This document shows positions 17,085-25,748 of a stretch of DNA of 32,000 nt, in pieces. Each line of letters starts with the position of its first letter. Positions within the stretch are counted from its first letter, which is position 1. The stretch spans positions 510,001 through 542,000 of the forward strand of contig NZ_AP028907.1 of NCBI RefSeq assembly GCF_036323395.1, in the 5' to 3' direction. The DNA comes from Pyrodictium abyssi (GTDB taxonomy: Archaea > Thermoproteota > Thermoprotei_A > Sulfolobales > Pyrodictiaceae). A program made the position numbers and the translations under genes. A model generated the notes under the pieces. It searched no databases and was not told the origin of the DNA. It was given only the letters and a program-made list of their open reading frames with translations.

Positions 17085-18454
17085 GCGCCGGTCTTCATGC
17101 CCCATTCGCGGAGCCCGTTCACGGCCATGTAGATGCTGCGCTGGACGGCGTGGGCCGCGTAAAGGCTGCCCGGCTTCTCTAGCGTGTAGCAGCCGTTGCT
17201 CCTCTTCTCGCCTAGCGCGCGGAGCGCTGCTGCGACCACGGCGTTGAGGCCGCTGGCCCAGAGGCCGTAGCGCTTGGCGAGCTGGCCTGGGCACCAGCGC
17301 AGCCCGAACGCCATGGAGGAGGCGTAGTAGAGTATGTCCTCCTCCACGGTGAGGCTCTTGGCTAGTGCTGCTGCGTGGCCCCTCTCCGCCACTAGCTTCA
17401 CGTACCGCTCGGGCGTGAACGTGTTCACGTATATGTAGCCCTCGGTGCGGCCGATGGCGCTGAGCCCTATGGCTAGGAACCGGTCGTAGTCCACCACGTA
17501 CTCGTCTATCAGCTCCGAGCCCCTGTCCATGCACCACGGCGTAGCCGGCCGGTGGCCCGTGTCCCGGGCTGCGCGGAGCACCGCCTCGTAGAGCCTGGGC
17601 TCCAGGGGGTGCCAGGGGCCCTCCCGCCTCCTGCGGAGCAGCTTCCGCAGCCCAGGGGCGGGCATGAGCGGGTAGAAGGTGACCTGGCTAGCCCCGATCT
17701 CGAGGGCCCTCCGGGCCTCGTTGTAGACCGTCTCCGGGGTGTCGCTCGCGATGCCCCACACTATGTCTATGTTGAGTGTCTCGAACCGGCCTCTCGCGGC
17801 CTCTACGGCGCGTAGCGCGTCCTCCACCGTGTTGCTGAGCCTGCCTAGGCGGCGTAGCCTCTCGTTGCTCAGAGCCTGGACCCCTATGCTCAGCCTGCTC
17901 ACGCCCGCGGAGCGGAGCACAGAGACAGCCTCGTCGTCTATGTCCAGCGGGCTAGCCTCGGTGGAGACGCTTAGGCCGCGGCCGAAGTAGCTCCGGAGCA
18001 CGTCCACGAGCTCCGCGAGGCCGTAGACGTCTATGCTCGGGGTGCCCCCGCCTATGTAGACGAGAGGCACCTTAGCAGCCTCTGCGGTCGAGGCGAGCCA
18101 CGAGGCCTCCGCTGCGAGGGCCTTCATGTATCTTTTGTTCATCTCCCGGTCGAGTGGGTAGCGGACGAAACAGCAGAAGCGGCAGAGAGGCTGGTGGCAG
18201 AACGGCATGTGAACGTAGAGCGCGTGAGCCCCCTCCGCGGAGGCCAGGGCCTCCACGTGGCGGCGTGGGTCGGCGGGCCTCCTCTCTAGGGTGTGGAAGA
18301 ACTGCTCGGCGCGCCGCAGCGCGATGGCAGCCAGCACTCTGGCTAGGCGTACAGCAGCCCATGGCAGCTTGGCTGCCCCGCTGCGGCCATCCCCGGGCAA
18401 CCTACAGCTCCCTCCCCGCGCGTTGTAGCATAGTGGAGGCCTCTGTCCTCCCAT
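17081..18454 (-). CDS. Radical SAM protein, HemN/coproporphyrinogen III oxidase-like
   Basis: LYVHMPFCHQPLCRFCCFVRYPLDREMNKRYMKALAAE, LVYIGGGTPSI, STEASPLDIDDEAVSVLRSAGVSRLSIGVQALSNERLRRLGR, NIDIVWGI. The N-terminus is uncertain. Confidence 0.88.
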   Translation of the reverse strand: MGGQRPPLCYNARGGSCRLPGDGRSGAAKLPWAAVRLARVLAAIALRRAEQFFHTLERRPADPRRHVEALASAEGAHALYVHMPFCHQPLCRFCCFVRYPLDREMNKRYMKALAAEASWLASTAEAAKVPLVYIGGGTPSIDVYGLAELVDVLRSYFGRGLSVSTEASPLDIDDEAVSVLRSAGVSRLSIGVQALSNERLRRLGRLSNTVEDALRAVEAARGRFETLNIDIVWGIASDTPETVYNEARRALEIGASQVTFYPLMPAPGLRKLLRRRREGPWHPLEPRLYEAVLRAARDTGHRPATPWCMDRGSELIDEYVVDYDRFLAIGLSAIGRTEGYIYVNTFTPERYVKLVAERGHAAALAKSLTVEEDILYYASSMAFGLRWCPGQLAKRYGLWASGLNAVVAAALRALGEKRSNGCYTLEKPGSLYAAHAVQRSIYMAVNGLREWGMKTGA

Positions 18455-18742
18455 GGAGCGCGCCTCCGCAGCCCCTATTGCCTCTTCAGCCGGCAGTGCC
18501 CGGGCCTGGTTGCACCGCCCCCTATGGCTGCCTCCGGCGCACCCCCGGGCCTCCGGAGGCTCTTGTCCTGTCAGGCGCCGCGGCCGGGTCTTGGAGGCCT
18601 CTACTTAAGGTAATACCGCTCCTTATCCTCCAGGGAACGGGCCGCTTCAGGGCCCAGCCAGAGCGGCCTGCCATGTAGCCGAGGCGGGCGGGGCTGTAGG
18701 AGAGCCTTGAGGAGGCGCGGCAGAGGCGGCGAGCCCATAGGC

Positions 18743-20845
18743 ATGGTGACCGGCGACTCCAGGCCAGACTACTTCGTGTTCACCGTGGACCCCGACAACA
18801 TCCCGCCCCTCTACGACTACGTGTACGTCGAGGCCTGGGAGACCCCGCCGGGCGAGGACACCCGCGTCACAGTGAAGATCCTGGCCCAGATCCGGGCCGT
18901 CCGCAGGCTCGCCGTCGGCGTCTCCCCGGAGCACCCCTGGCCCGTCCTCCGCAACCTCAGCCTGCCCCGCGGCAGCGACACCGTGGTAGCCGCGGCCCGC
19001 GTGCTGGGCTACAAGTGGAAGGGCCGCATCTACCTCCCCCGCCACGCCCCGCCCGTGGGTAGCTGGGTCTACCTCGCCCCGGACGAGCTGCTCGAGGACT
19101 TCTACTCGGTGGACAAGCCCCGCCGGCTCCACGTGGGGAGCCTCATCTCCCGGCCGAGCGTCCCAGCCTACCTGGACCTGGAGGGCGTAAAGCGCCACGT
19201 AGCCATCATAGCCGCGACGGGCGCGGGCAAGACGTGGGCTAGCGTGGTACTGATAGAGGAGCTGCTCAAGAAAGGCGCCACGATAGTCGTGCTGGACCCG
19301 CACGGCGAGTACACCGCTATGAAGAGGACTGTCTTCCGGCTCGGCCCCGGCTTCGAGAACGCCGTGCGCGTGATAAAGGGGAGGCGGGACCAGGAGGGCG
19401 ACATACAGTACCGGGTCAGCGTAGCCGACATGTCGCCCGAGGAGCTAGCCTCGATAGCAGGAGTCCCCGCGAAGGCGACCCGCATAAGGAGCGTGATATA
19501 CGGGGCGAAGAGGCTCGCCCGCTGGGTCGCCGAGGCCACGGGGCAGCGGAAGTGGCTAGGCCTACGCGGCATGATCAAGGTGGTCCATGCCGCCATAGAC
19601 GCTGTCGAGGTGGCCCGGCTCCAGGGCGGCCGCCTCGACCGGTTCGCCGCCGAGCTACTCCGCCGGCTAAGCGTAGCCGTGTCCCAGGACCTCTACAAGG
19701 CGGCGGCTACGGGCCGGAGGCTGGAGGAGCTCCTAGCGGCGGACGAGAGGCTCGGCAGGGGGATACGCAGGCTCTGGCTAGCGCTCGGCAAGGACAGTAG
19801 CCCGGGCTACGACGCGATACGCTACCTGGAGGAGCTCCGCCGCATAGGCGTCTACGGAGTAGGCAGCCTCCCCCTCGACCAGCTACTAGAGCCCGGCACC
19901 GTGACGGTCGTGAACCTCGCCGGGCTCCGGGCCGAGGTGCAGGACCACCTAGCCTTCAACATACTGGCCAGGATATTCAACGCCCGGCTCCGCTACGTGA
20001 GGGGTGTTGACGGCGAGAGCTACCCCTACCCGGTGGTCATAGTCGTAGAGGAGGCCCACCGCTTCATGCCGCCCAAGAGCCAGAAGCAGACACGCAGCCG
20101 CGACGTGGCAGCGACTATCGCTAGCGAGGGCCGGAAGTTCGGCGTCTTCCTGGTAGCGATAACCCAGAGGCCCTCCCGCATAGACCCTGACGTGCTCAGC
20201 CAGCTCCAGGGCCAGATAATACTAAGGATAGTCAACCCTAGGGACCAGGAGGCTATCAGGGACTCGAGCGAGCAGGTGAGCCAGGACCTCCTCGACAACC
20301 TGCCAGGCCTCAACACCGGCGAGGCGGTGGTCGTCGGCCCGCTCGCCCCGAGCCCGCTCATGATAAGGCTCCGGGACCGCGTGCTCGACTACAGCGGCGG
20401 TGACCTGAGCCTAGTAGAGGCCTGGGCTGGCGGCCGCGAGGACCTACGCCTAGTGGAGGAGCTCCGCGCGGAGGCCCTCGAGAAGGCGGGTCAGCTCCTC
20501 GGAGAGCAGCCACCAGACCTAGCCGAGGCAGTAGCCGCGATAGCCGGGCTAGACCCCGCGCCCGAGACAGTGGAGAGGGCGCTACGGCTCCTAGCCCGGG
20601 AGCAGGTCTGGGCCAGCTACAGCGAGGAGACAGGCACAGTCTACGGCGAGGTGATGACCGGCAGCGGCTACTCCTACGAGGCCCGGGTCAGCCTCCCCGA
20701 GCGCAGGAGCAGCTGCAGCTGCCGGGCGCGGCAGCCCTGCAGCCACGCCGTAGCAGTGCTCCTACGCGCCCTGCTCGACGGGCTACTCGCCGTGCCGCGG
20801 CAGCAGCCGAGCGAGCCCGAGGGCTGGTGGAGCGAGTTCCTCTAG
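18743..20845 (+). CDS. HerA-like (FtsK-HerA) ATPase with N-terminal HAS-barrel-like region and C-terminal SWIM zinc finger
   Basis: HVAIIAATGAGKTWASVVLIEELL (Walker A), TIVVLDPHGEYTAM, YPVVIVVEEAHRFMPP (Walker B), ATIASEGRKFGVFLVAITQRPSRIDPDVLSQ, C-terminal SCSCRARQPCSHAVAVLLRALL (CxC...CxH). ATG 18743 follows the ORF start 18707 in the same frame. Confidence 0.88.
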   Translation: MVTGDSRPDYFVFTVDPDNIPPLYDYVYVEAWETPPGEDTRVTVKILAQIRAVRRLAVGVSPEHPWPVLRNLSLPRGSDTVVAAARVLGYKWKGRIYLPRHAPPVGSWVYLAPDELLEDFYSVDKPRRLHVGSLISRPSVPAYLDLEGVKRHVAIIAATGAGKTWASVVLIEELLKKGATIVVLDPHGEYTAMKRTVFRLGPGFENAVRVIKGRRDQEGDIQYRVSVADMSPEELASIAGVPAKATRIRSVIYGAKRLARWVAEATGQRKWLGLRGMIKVVHAAIDAVEVARLQGGRLDRFAAELLRRLSVAVSQDLYKAAATGRRLEELLAADERLGRGIRRLWLALGKDSSPGYDAIRYLEELRRIGVYGVGSLPLDQLLEPGTVTVVNLAGLRAEVQDHLAFNILARIFNARLRYVRGVDGESYPYPVVIVVEEAHRFMPPKSQKQTRSRDVAATIASEGRKFGVFLVAITQRPSRIDPDVLSQLQGQIILRIVNPRDQEAIRDSSEQVSQDLLDNLPGLNTGEAVVVGPLAPSPLMIRLRDRVLDYSGGDLSLVEAWAGGREDLRLVEELRAEALEKAGQLLGEQPPDLAEAVAAIAGLDPAPETVERALRLLAREQVWASYSEETGTVYGEVMTGSGYSYEARVSLPERRSSCSCRARQPCSHAVAVLLRALLDGLLAVPRQQPSEPEGWWSEFL

Positions 20846-20943
20846 CCGCGGCTACTCCTACGAGGCCCCGGGTAACCCCGCGTGGCGCGGCTCTGGGGCT
20901 TAGGCCCTGGTACCTCCTTCTAGACCCACGTGTATCCCACTAG

Positions 20944-20951
20944 CATATATA
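20944..20951 (+). promoter_or_regulatory. Putative TATA element for the ornithine cyclodeaminase-like gene
   Basis: CATATATAG directly abuts the tracked GTG 20952, so the true start is more likely GTG 20997 or 21003. Confidence 0.45.
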
Positions 20952-20996
20952 GTGGCTGGGCGTCTACCAGGCCCTGTACCCCAGGGTGGCCCAGGT

Positions 20997-21881
20997 GTGC
21001 CGGTGCACCTCTCCAATAGCGAGGTAGACATGCTAGTCGACCCGGCCGGGCTCCTCGAGGACGTGGAGAGCGTGCTCCGCGACCAGGGCGTCGTAGCCCC
21101 TGCCAGGCTGAGCCTAGAGCACAGCGGCTCCTGGCTCGGCGTGATGCCGTCGGCGGGCCAGGGCTTCTACGCCGTCAAGGTGGTCGGGGTCTACCCGGGG
21201 AACCCGGAGCGGGGCCTACCACTGGTCCGCGGCCGCCTACTACTAGTCGACGCCGGGACGGGGGATCTCCTCCTGGAGGCGGACGCGGAGGCGCCCACCG
21301 GCTGGAGGACAGCGGCGGCCACGGCCCTAGCCCTAAGGCTCCTAGGCGGCACGAGGGGCGTCCTAGGCGTCATAGGCGCAGGGGTGCAGGCGGAGTACCA
21401 CCTCAGGCTACTCACACACGTCTACCGCTACAGCAGGGTACTGGTCTACTCCCGTACCCGCAGCCGCGCCGAGGAGCTAGCAGCCCGCTACGGGGGCGAG
21501 GCAGTAGGGCACGAGGAGCTGCTCCGCAGCGCCGACACAGTGGTCGCAGCAACCACGGCACGTAGCCCAGTCGTCCTCGGCCGGCTGCTCCGGAGCGGCG
21601 CCGTCGTGGCCAGCGTGGGGGCGCCCCGGCCCGTCCGGGAGCTGGACCGCGGCACCCTGCAGCGGGCCCGCTGCGTGCTAGTAGACACCCGCGAGGGAGT
21701 GCTAAGCGAGAGCAGCGACGTGGACGAGGAGCTGGTCGAGATAGTCGAGCTGAGAGAAGCTCTGAGAGGGAAAAACTGCCCCGCGGGAGAGATACGGGTC
21801 TACAAGAGCGTCGGCACAGCTGTGCTAGACCTGGCTATCGCGCTGCACCTCTACCGGAGGCTGGCGCGCCGAGACTCTTAG
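20997..21881 (+). CDS. Ornithine cyclodeaminase/mu-crystallin family protein
   Basis: GVLGVIGAGVQAEYHLRLLTHVYRYSRVLVYSRTRSRAEELAARYG, ADTVVAATTARSPVV, ASVGAPRPVRELDRGTLQRARCVLVDTREGVLSESSD, YKSVGTAVLDLAIALHLY. Confidence 0.88.
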   Translation: MPVHLSNSEVDMLVDPAGLLEDVESVLRDQGVVAPARLSLEHSGSWLGVMPSAGQGFYAVKVVGVYPGNPERGLPLVRGRLLLVDAGTGDLLLEADAEAPTGWRTAAATALALRLLGGTRGVLGVIGAGVQAEYHLRLLTHVYRYSRVLVYSRTRSRAEELAARYGGEAVGHEELLRSADTVVAATTARSPVVLGRLLRSGAVVASVGAPRPVRELDRGTLQRARCVLVDTREGVLSESSDVDEELVEIVELREALRGKNCPAGEIRVYKSVGTAVLDLAIALHLYRRLARRDS

Positions 21882-22974
21882 CCTTCTCCTCGAGCCGGCT
21901 CCGCGGCAGCGGGTACATGGTCTTCTCCGGCAGCACGCCCTGAGGCCTCACCATGAGCACTACTACCAGCAGCGCGCCTAGCACCAGGTAGTCGAGCCAC
22001 GCCGGGTCGAACGGCAGGTAGGGCGCTATGAGCGTCTTATTGTAGGTTATCATCTGCCTGACTAGCACTAGTATGAATGTGCCCAGCAGCGTGCCGAGGT
22101 TGTTAGCCATGCCGCCCAGTATCATCATGGCCCAGACCCAGAAGGTCCAGGATACCCTGTTGTAGCTGGTAGCCATCCAGCCCAGCGACCCTGTCATGAA
22201 CAGCGCGCCGGCTATAGCAGCCAGCGCTGAGCCTATCATCAGCGTCTTTAGCTTGATCCTCGTCACGTCCTTGCCCAGAGACTCGGCGGCAGCCTCGTTG
22301 TCGCGTACACCCTTCAGCAGCCGGCCCATAGGGCTACGCAGCACTAGCTCTAGGTACGCGAACACTACTACCGCTACCAGCGCGGTTATTATCAGCGTGG
22401 ACACTGTGTGCGGGTCAGAGACACCCAGCCTGCTCACTATGTTGTCGAGCCAGACCAGGGTATTGGGCACAGTGAGGCCTAGCGTGCCGCCGAGCTGTGG
22501 CGCGTTATACGCTACTATCATCGACGCCTCCGCGGCGGCTAGCAGCGTTATGGCTAGGTAGTCCTCGCGTAGCCGTGCGGCAGGGTAGGCGGCGAGCCAG
22601 CCTACTGCGGCGCCCACTAGCGCGGCGACCACTAGCACTAGCAGGAAGAGCGCTAGCGATAACGCGGGGTGCTCGGCGAAGTACCTGCTCAGCGCATCGG
22701 CTATCAACGTGTTGTAGCTGCCCGCGTAGCTCAGCTGCCCGCCGGTCATGGCTTCTAGCTGCTGCTTTACATCGGCTGGTAGCAGCGCGAGCCCGAGGTA
22801 GCCCGGCAGCGCGGCAGCCACTATAGCGCCTACGAGTACCGCCAGGTGCTTGCCGAAGTTGGGTATACCGGTGACACCTGCCTCTATGTTGAGGCTGAGA
22901 GACACTATGGCGTAGACCGCGACCCACAGCCAGAAGCTAGGCTCGAAGAGTACACCTATGACCGGCACGGCCAC
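21835..22974 (-). CDS. livM: Branched-chain amino-acid-type ABC transporter permease
   Basis: LSLNIEAGVTGIPNFGKHLAVLVGA, SPMGRLLKGVRDNEAAAESLGKDVTRIKLKTLMIGSALAAIAGALF, MILGGMANNLGTLLG. Confidence 0.92.
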   Translation of the reverse strand: MAVPVIGVLFEPSFWLWVAVYAIVSLSLNIEAGVTGIPNFGKHLAVLVGAIVAAALPGYLGLALLPADVKQQLEAMTGGQLSYAGSYNTLIADALSRYFAEHPALSLALFLLVLVVAALVGAAVGWLAAYPAARLREDYLAITLLAAAEASMIVAYNAPQLGGTLGLTVPNTLVWLDNIVSRLGVSDPHTVSTLIITALVAVVVFAYLELVLRSPMGRLLKGVRDNEAAAESLGKDVTRIKLKTLMIGSALAAIAGALFMTGSLGWMATSYNRVSWTFWVWAMMILGGMANNLGTLLGTFILVLVRQMITYNKTLIAPYLPFDPAWLDYLVLGALLVVVLMVRPQGVLPEKTMYPLPRSRLEEKAKSLGAPASGRGAAR

Positions 22975-22996
22975 AGCTACTCACCCCGCCCCGGGT

Positions 22997-23965
22997 CTAG
23001 GCTTCTGCCTTCTGGGCCTTGCCTCTCATCCTCCGGAGAAGCTTCCTCCAGTTCACGCCCATCAGGCCCTCGGGGGCCACGAGGAGCACCACCACTATAA
23101 GGGCTAGCGACACCACCTTACGGTAAGCCGTTATACCGGTTAGCCCTAGCAGCTCGCCCAGCAGCCTAGTACCTATGGTCTCGCTGAGGCCCACTAGGTA
23201 GCCGCCTACGACGCCGCCCAGCAGGCTCTGGAGGCCACCGACAATGCTCGCAGCGAACACGCTTACTACCTCGAGGCTCCCAGTAGCGGGGTTTATCCTC
23301 AGCACGAAGGACATTAGGCCGCCAGCGAGGCCAGCAAGCCCGCCGGCTATCAGCCACGAGACGGCGTAGACTAGGTCGACGTTGACGCCCAGCACCTGGG
23401 CTAGCTGGGGGTTCTCGATGCTAGCCCTCATTGCGACGCCGAACTTCGTCCGCGTTAGCAGCAGGTAGAGCGCTATCAGGCTGAAGGCCACGAGGCCTAT
23501 GGATATCCAGGTGCCCTCTGTGAGCCCTGCTACGCGGGTGAGTACAAAGCTGCGTAGGCTCCAGTCTCTGCTAGTGCCCGTCACGGGGTTCATGCCGCGC
23601 ACTATGTCCGCGTATATGTTCAGCACGCCTATCAGGAATATGTCGACGCCTAGCGTCGCTATCATGAGGCCTAGCGCGTCTGTACCCCTCCGCTGCAGCG
23701 GGCGGAGGACGAGGAGGTACTCCAGCAGCCCTGCAGCTGCGCCAGCGAGGAACGCGGCGAGAAAACCTAGCGCTATGCTAGCCTTGTACACAGCTACTAC
23801 TGTGAAGAGCAGGTATGCGCCTATTATCGCTAGGCTACCGTGGGCGAAGTTTGGTATCTTCGTCGTCAGGTAGGTCATGGTGAGGCCTATGGCTAGGAGT
23901 ACGAGCGCGTTGCTGTAGACGAGGCTGTTCTCGAGATACACGAGGCTGATGGGCATGCCCCGCAC
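22997..23965 (-). CDS. livH: Branched-chain amino-acid-type ABC transporter permease
   Basis: LLAIGLTMTYLTTKIPNFAHGSLAIIGAYLLF, TRTKFGVAMRASIENPQLAQVLGVNVDLVYAVSWLIAGGLAGLAGG, FAASIVGGLQSLLGGVVGGYLVG. Confidence 0.93.
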   Translation of the reverse strand: MRGMPISLVYLENSLVYSNALVLLAIGLTMTYLTTKIPNFAHGSLAIIGAYLLFTVVAVYKASIALGFLAAFLAGAAAGLLEYLLVLRPLQRRGTDALGLMIATLGVDIFLIGVLNIYADIVRGMNPVTGTSRDWSLRSFVLTRVAGLTEGTWISIGLVAFSLIALYLLLTRTKFGVAMRASIENPQLAQVLGVNVDLVYAVSWLIAGGLAGLAGGLMSFVLRINPATGSLEVVSVFAASIVGGLQSLLGGVVGGYLVGLSETIGTRLLGELLGLTGITAYRKVVSLALIVVVLLVAPEGLMGVNWRKLLRRMRGKAQKAEA

Positions 23966-23990
23966 CCCCTCCTCCGGCTAGTTTTCACGG

Positions 23991-24716
23991 CTACCCGGTC
24001 TCGGCGACTAGGCCTAGGTACATGCGCGCGAGGTCGGGGTGGTGCAGCAGCTCCTCCGCCTCGCCCTCGAAGGCTACGCGGCCACCTACTAGGAGGACGG
24101 CGCGGTCGCCGTACTCTAGCGCCTTCTTCGCGTTCTGCTCGACCAGCAGCACAGTTATCTTGTACTCGTCGCGTAGCCTGGCAATGATGTCGAGTATCTC
24201 GATGGCTATCTTGGGCGCGAGAGCGGCTGTAGGCTCGTCGAAGAGCATGAGCTTGGGCCTCCTTATCAAGGCTATACCTATGGCTAGCATCTGCCTCTCG
24301 CCGCCGCTGAGCGTGCCAGCCTTCTGGTCGAGCCTCTCGCGGAGTATCGGGAACATCTCGAGAACCTCTTCCACCCGGTCCTGGGCGCTCGACTCGTCCA
24401 GCCCATAGGTGGCCATGACCAGGTTTTCTCTCACCGTGAGCTTGGCGAACACGTTGTCGGTCTGCGGGACGTAGGCTATGCCCATCTTAGCTATCTTGTG
24501 TGGTGGTAGGCCCGCGATGTTCTTGCCGTCGAACAGTATCTCGCCGCTGTATATGGTGGTGAGCCCGAATATGGTCTTCAGCGTGGTGCTCTTGCCGCTA
24601 CCGTTCGGCCCAACTATCACCGTTATCTTCTCCGGTGGCGCGGTGAAGCTCACGTCGAACAGTATCTGTAGCTTACCGTAGCCCGCGTTTAGCTTGCGGA
24701 GCTCGAGGCTAGGCAC
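23991..24716 (-). CDS. livF: Branched-chain amino-acid-type ABC transporter ATPase
   Basis: VIVGPNGSGKSTTLKTIFGLTT, TLSGGERQMLAIGIALIRRPKLMLFDEPTAALAPKIA, ...ILLVEQNAKKAL-like VLLVEQNAKKALEYGDRAVLLVGGRV. Confidence 0.94.
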   Translation of the reverse strand: MPSLELRKLNAGYGKLQILFDVSFTAPPEKITVIVGPNGSGKSTTLKTIFGLTTIYSGEILFDGKNIAGLPPHKIAKMGIAYVPQTDNVFAKLTVRENLVMATYGLDESSAQDRVEEVLEMFPILRERLDQKAGTLSGGERQMLAIGIALIRRPKLMLFDEPTAALAPKIAIEILDIIARLRDEYKITVLLVEQNAKKALEYGDRAVLLVGGRVAFEGEAEELLHHPDLARMYLGLVAETG

Positions 24717-24725
24717 GGCCGCCCT

Positions 24726-25550
24726 TCACCCTCCGAGGTAGCTGTCTATGACCAGTGGGTTGGAGACTACCTCCTCGGGCCTGCCTTCCGCGATAACTCT
24801 GCCCCGGGCCATCGCGTAGACGTAGTCAACATACTTCATAGCTATGTCGAGACGGTGCTCTATTATGAAGAAGGTTATCCCCTGGTCGCGGAGCTTAACC
24901 AGGAACTGCAGGATCTCATGGGCTAGCGTCGGGTTAACACCGGCGATGGGCTCGTCCATCAGTATCATCTTCGCGCCGCTCATGAGGACACGGGCTATCT
25001 CCAGGAGCTTCATCTGGCCGCCGCTGAGCTGGCCAGCAGGCTGGTCCCAGAGATGGATAAGCCCCACGAGCTTGAGTATACTGAAAGCCTTGTCCACGAG
25101 CTCCTCTTCGCGTGGTAGCCAGCGCCTCCTCTGCAGAGGGGCCGCGAAGGACTCGCCAGGGTGCCCCCGTGCGGCGAGGAGCACGTTCTCGAGCACAGTG
25201 AGCTTGTGGAAGGGCTGCGGCACCTGGAAGGTACGCGCCATCCCCAGGTGGTAGAGCTTGTGCGGAGGCCAGCCCGTGACGTCGCGCCCCTCGAAGACTA
25301 CCCTGCCGCTGTCGGGCCGGTAGAACCCGGCTATCACGTTCAGCAGTGTGCTCTTGCCGCTACCGTTTGGCCCTATCAGCAGGGTTATAGTCCTTCTCCT
25401 GACCTTGACTGTGGCGCCGTCTACCGCTATGACTCCGCCGAACCGTTTCACCACTTTCTCAGCGACAAGTATATACTCGCTGCTATGGTTCATAGCGGTC
25501 ATGGCCGCCGCCTTCTTGTCCACGTTCTCCATGGAGGCCCCGTGGCCCAC
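24726..25550 (-). CDS. livG: Branched-chain amino-acid-type ABC transporter ATPase
   Basis: LLIGPNGSGKSTLLNVIAGFYRPDSG, QLSGGQMKLLEIARVLMSGAKMILMDEPIAGVNPTLA. The GTG at 25550 lies at the predicted TSS, so ATG 25532 may be the real start. Confidence 0.93.
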   Translation of the reverse strand: MGHGASMENVDKKAAAMTAMNHSSEYILVAEKVVKRFGGVIAVDGATVKVRRRTITLLIGPNGSGKSTLLNVIAGFYRPDSGRVVFEGRDVTGWPPHKLYHLGMARTFQVPQPFHKLTVLENVLLAARGHPGESFAAPLQRRRWLPREEELVDKAFSILKLVGLIHLWDQPAGQLSGGQMKLLEIARVLMSGAKMILMDEPIAGVNPTLAHEILQFLVKLRDQGITFFIIEHRLDIAMKYVDYVYAMARGRVIAEGRPEEVVSNPLVIDSYLGG

Positions 25551-25567
25551 TGCTGTTGCACTAGAGT

Positions 25568-25577
25568 CTTAAATAGT
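25568..25577 (-). promoter_or_regulatory. Putative TATA element for the liv operon
   Basis: Minus-strand CTATTTAAGA, about 26 nt upstream of a likely leaderless start. Confidence 0.5.
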
Positions 25578-25656
25578 CTTGTCCCTGCACACACATAATG
25601 TAAAACATTATGAATAGTAGCGAATCTTTAGGTGCCAACAGCACGCGTATATCCGC

Positions 25657-25672
25657 GTCGAAAATATAAAAG
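25657..25672 (+). promoter_or_regulatory. Archaeal BRE/TATA promoter for the solute-binding protein gene
   Basis: CGTCGAAAATATAAAAGG about 80 nt upstream of ATG 25749; a very good BRE-TATA match. Confidence 0.8.
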
Positions 25673-25748
25673 GGGCTCCGGAACCGGTTTCACCGTGGCC
25701 GATGCATGGTCTTGAAAGGAAGCTGGTAGACTCCGGGGTGGATATGTC

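Noticed and set aside
18154-18678. Plus-strand 174-aa ORF over the HemN-like N-terminus and the gap
   Set aside because: Shadow composition, no recognisable domain, overlaps a conserved minus-strand gene.
18647-19303. 218-aa minus-strand ORF opposite the HerA-like gene
   Set aside because: Antisense to the conserved HAS-barrel/Walker A region, with no family signature.
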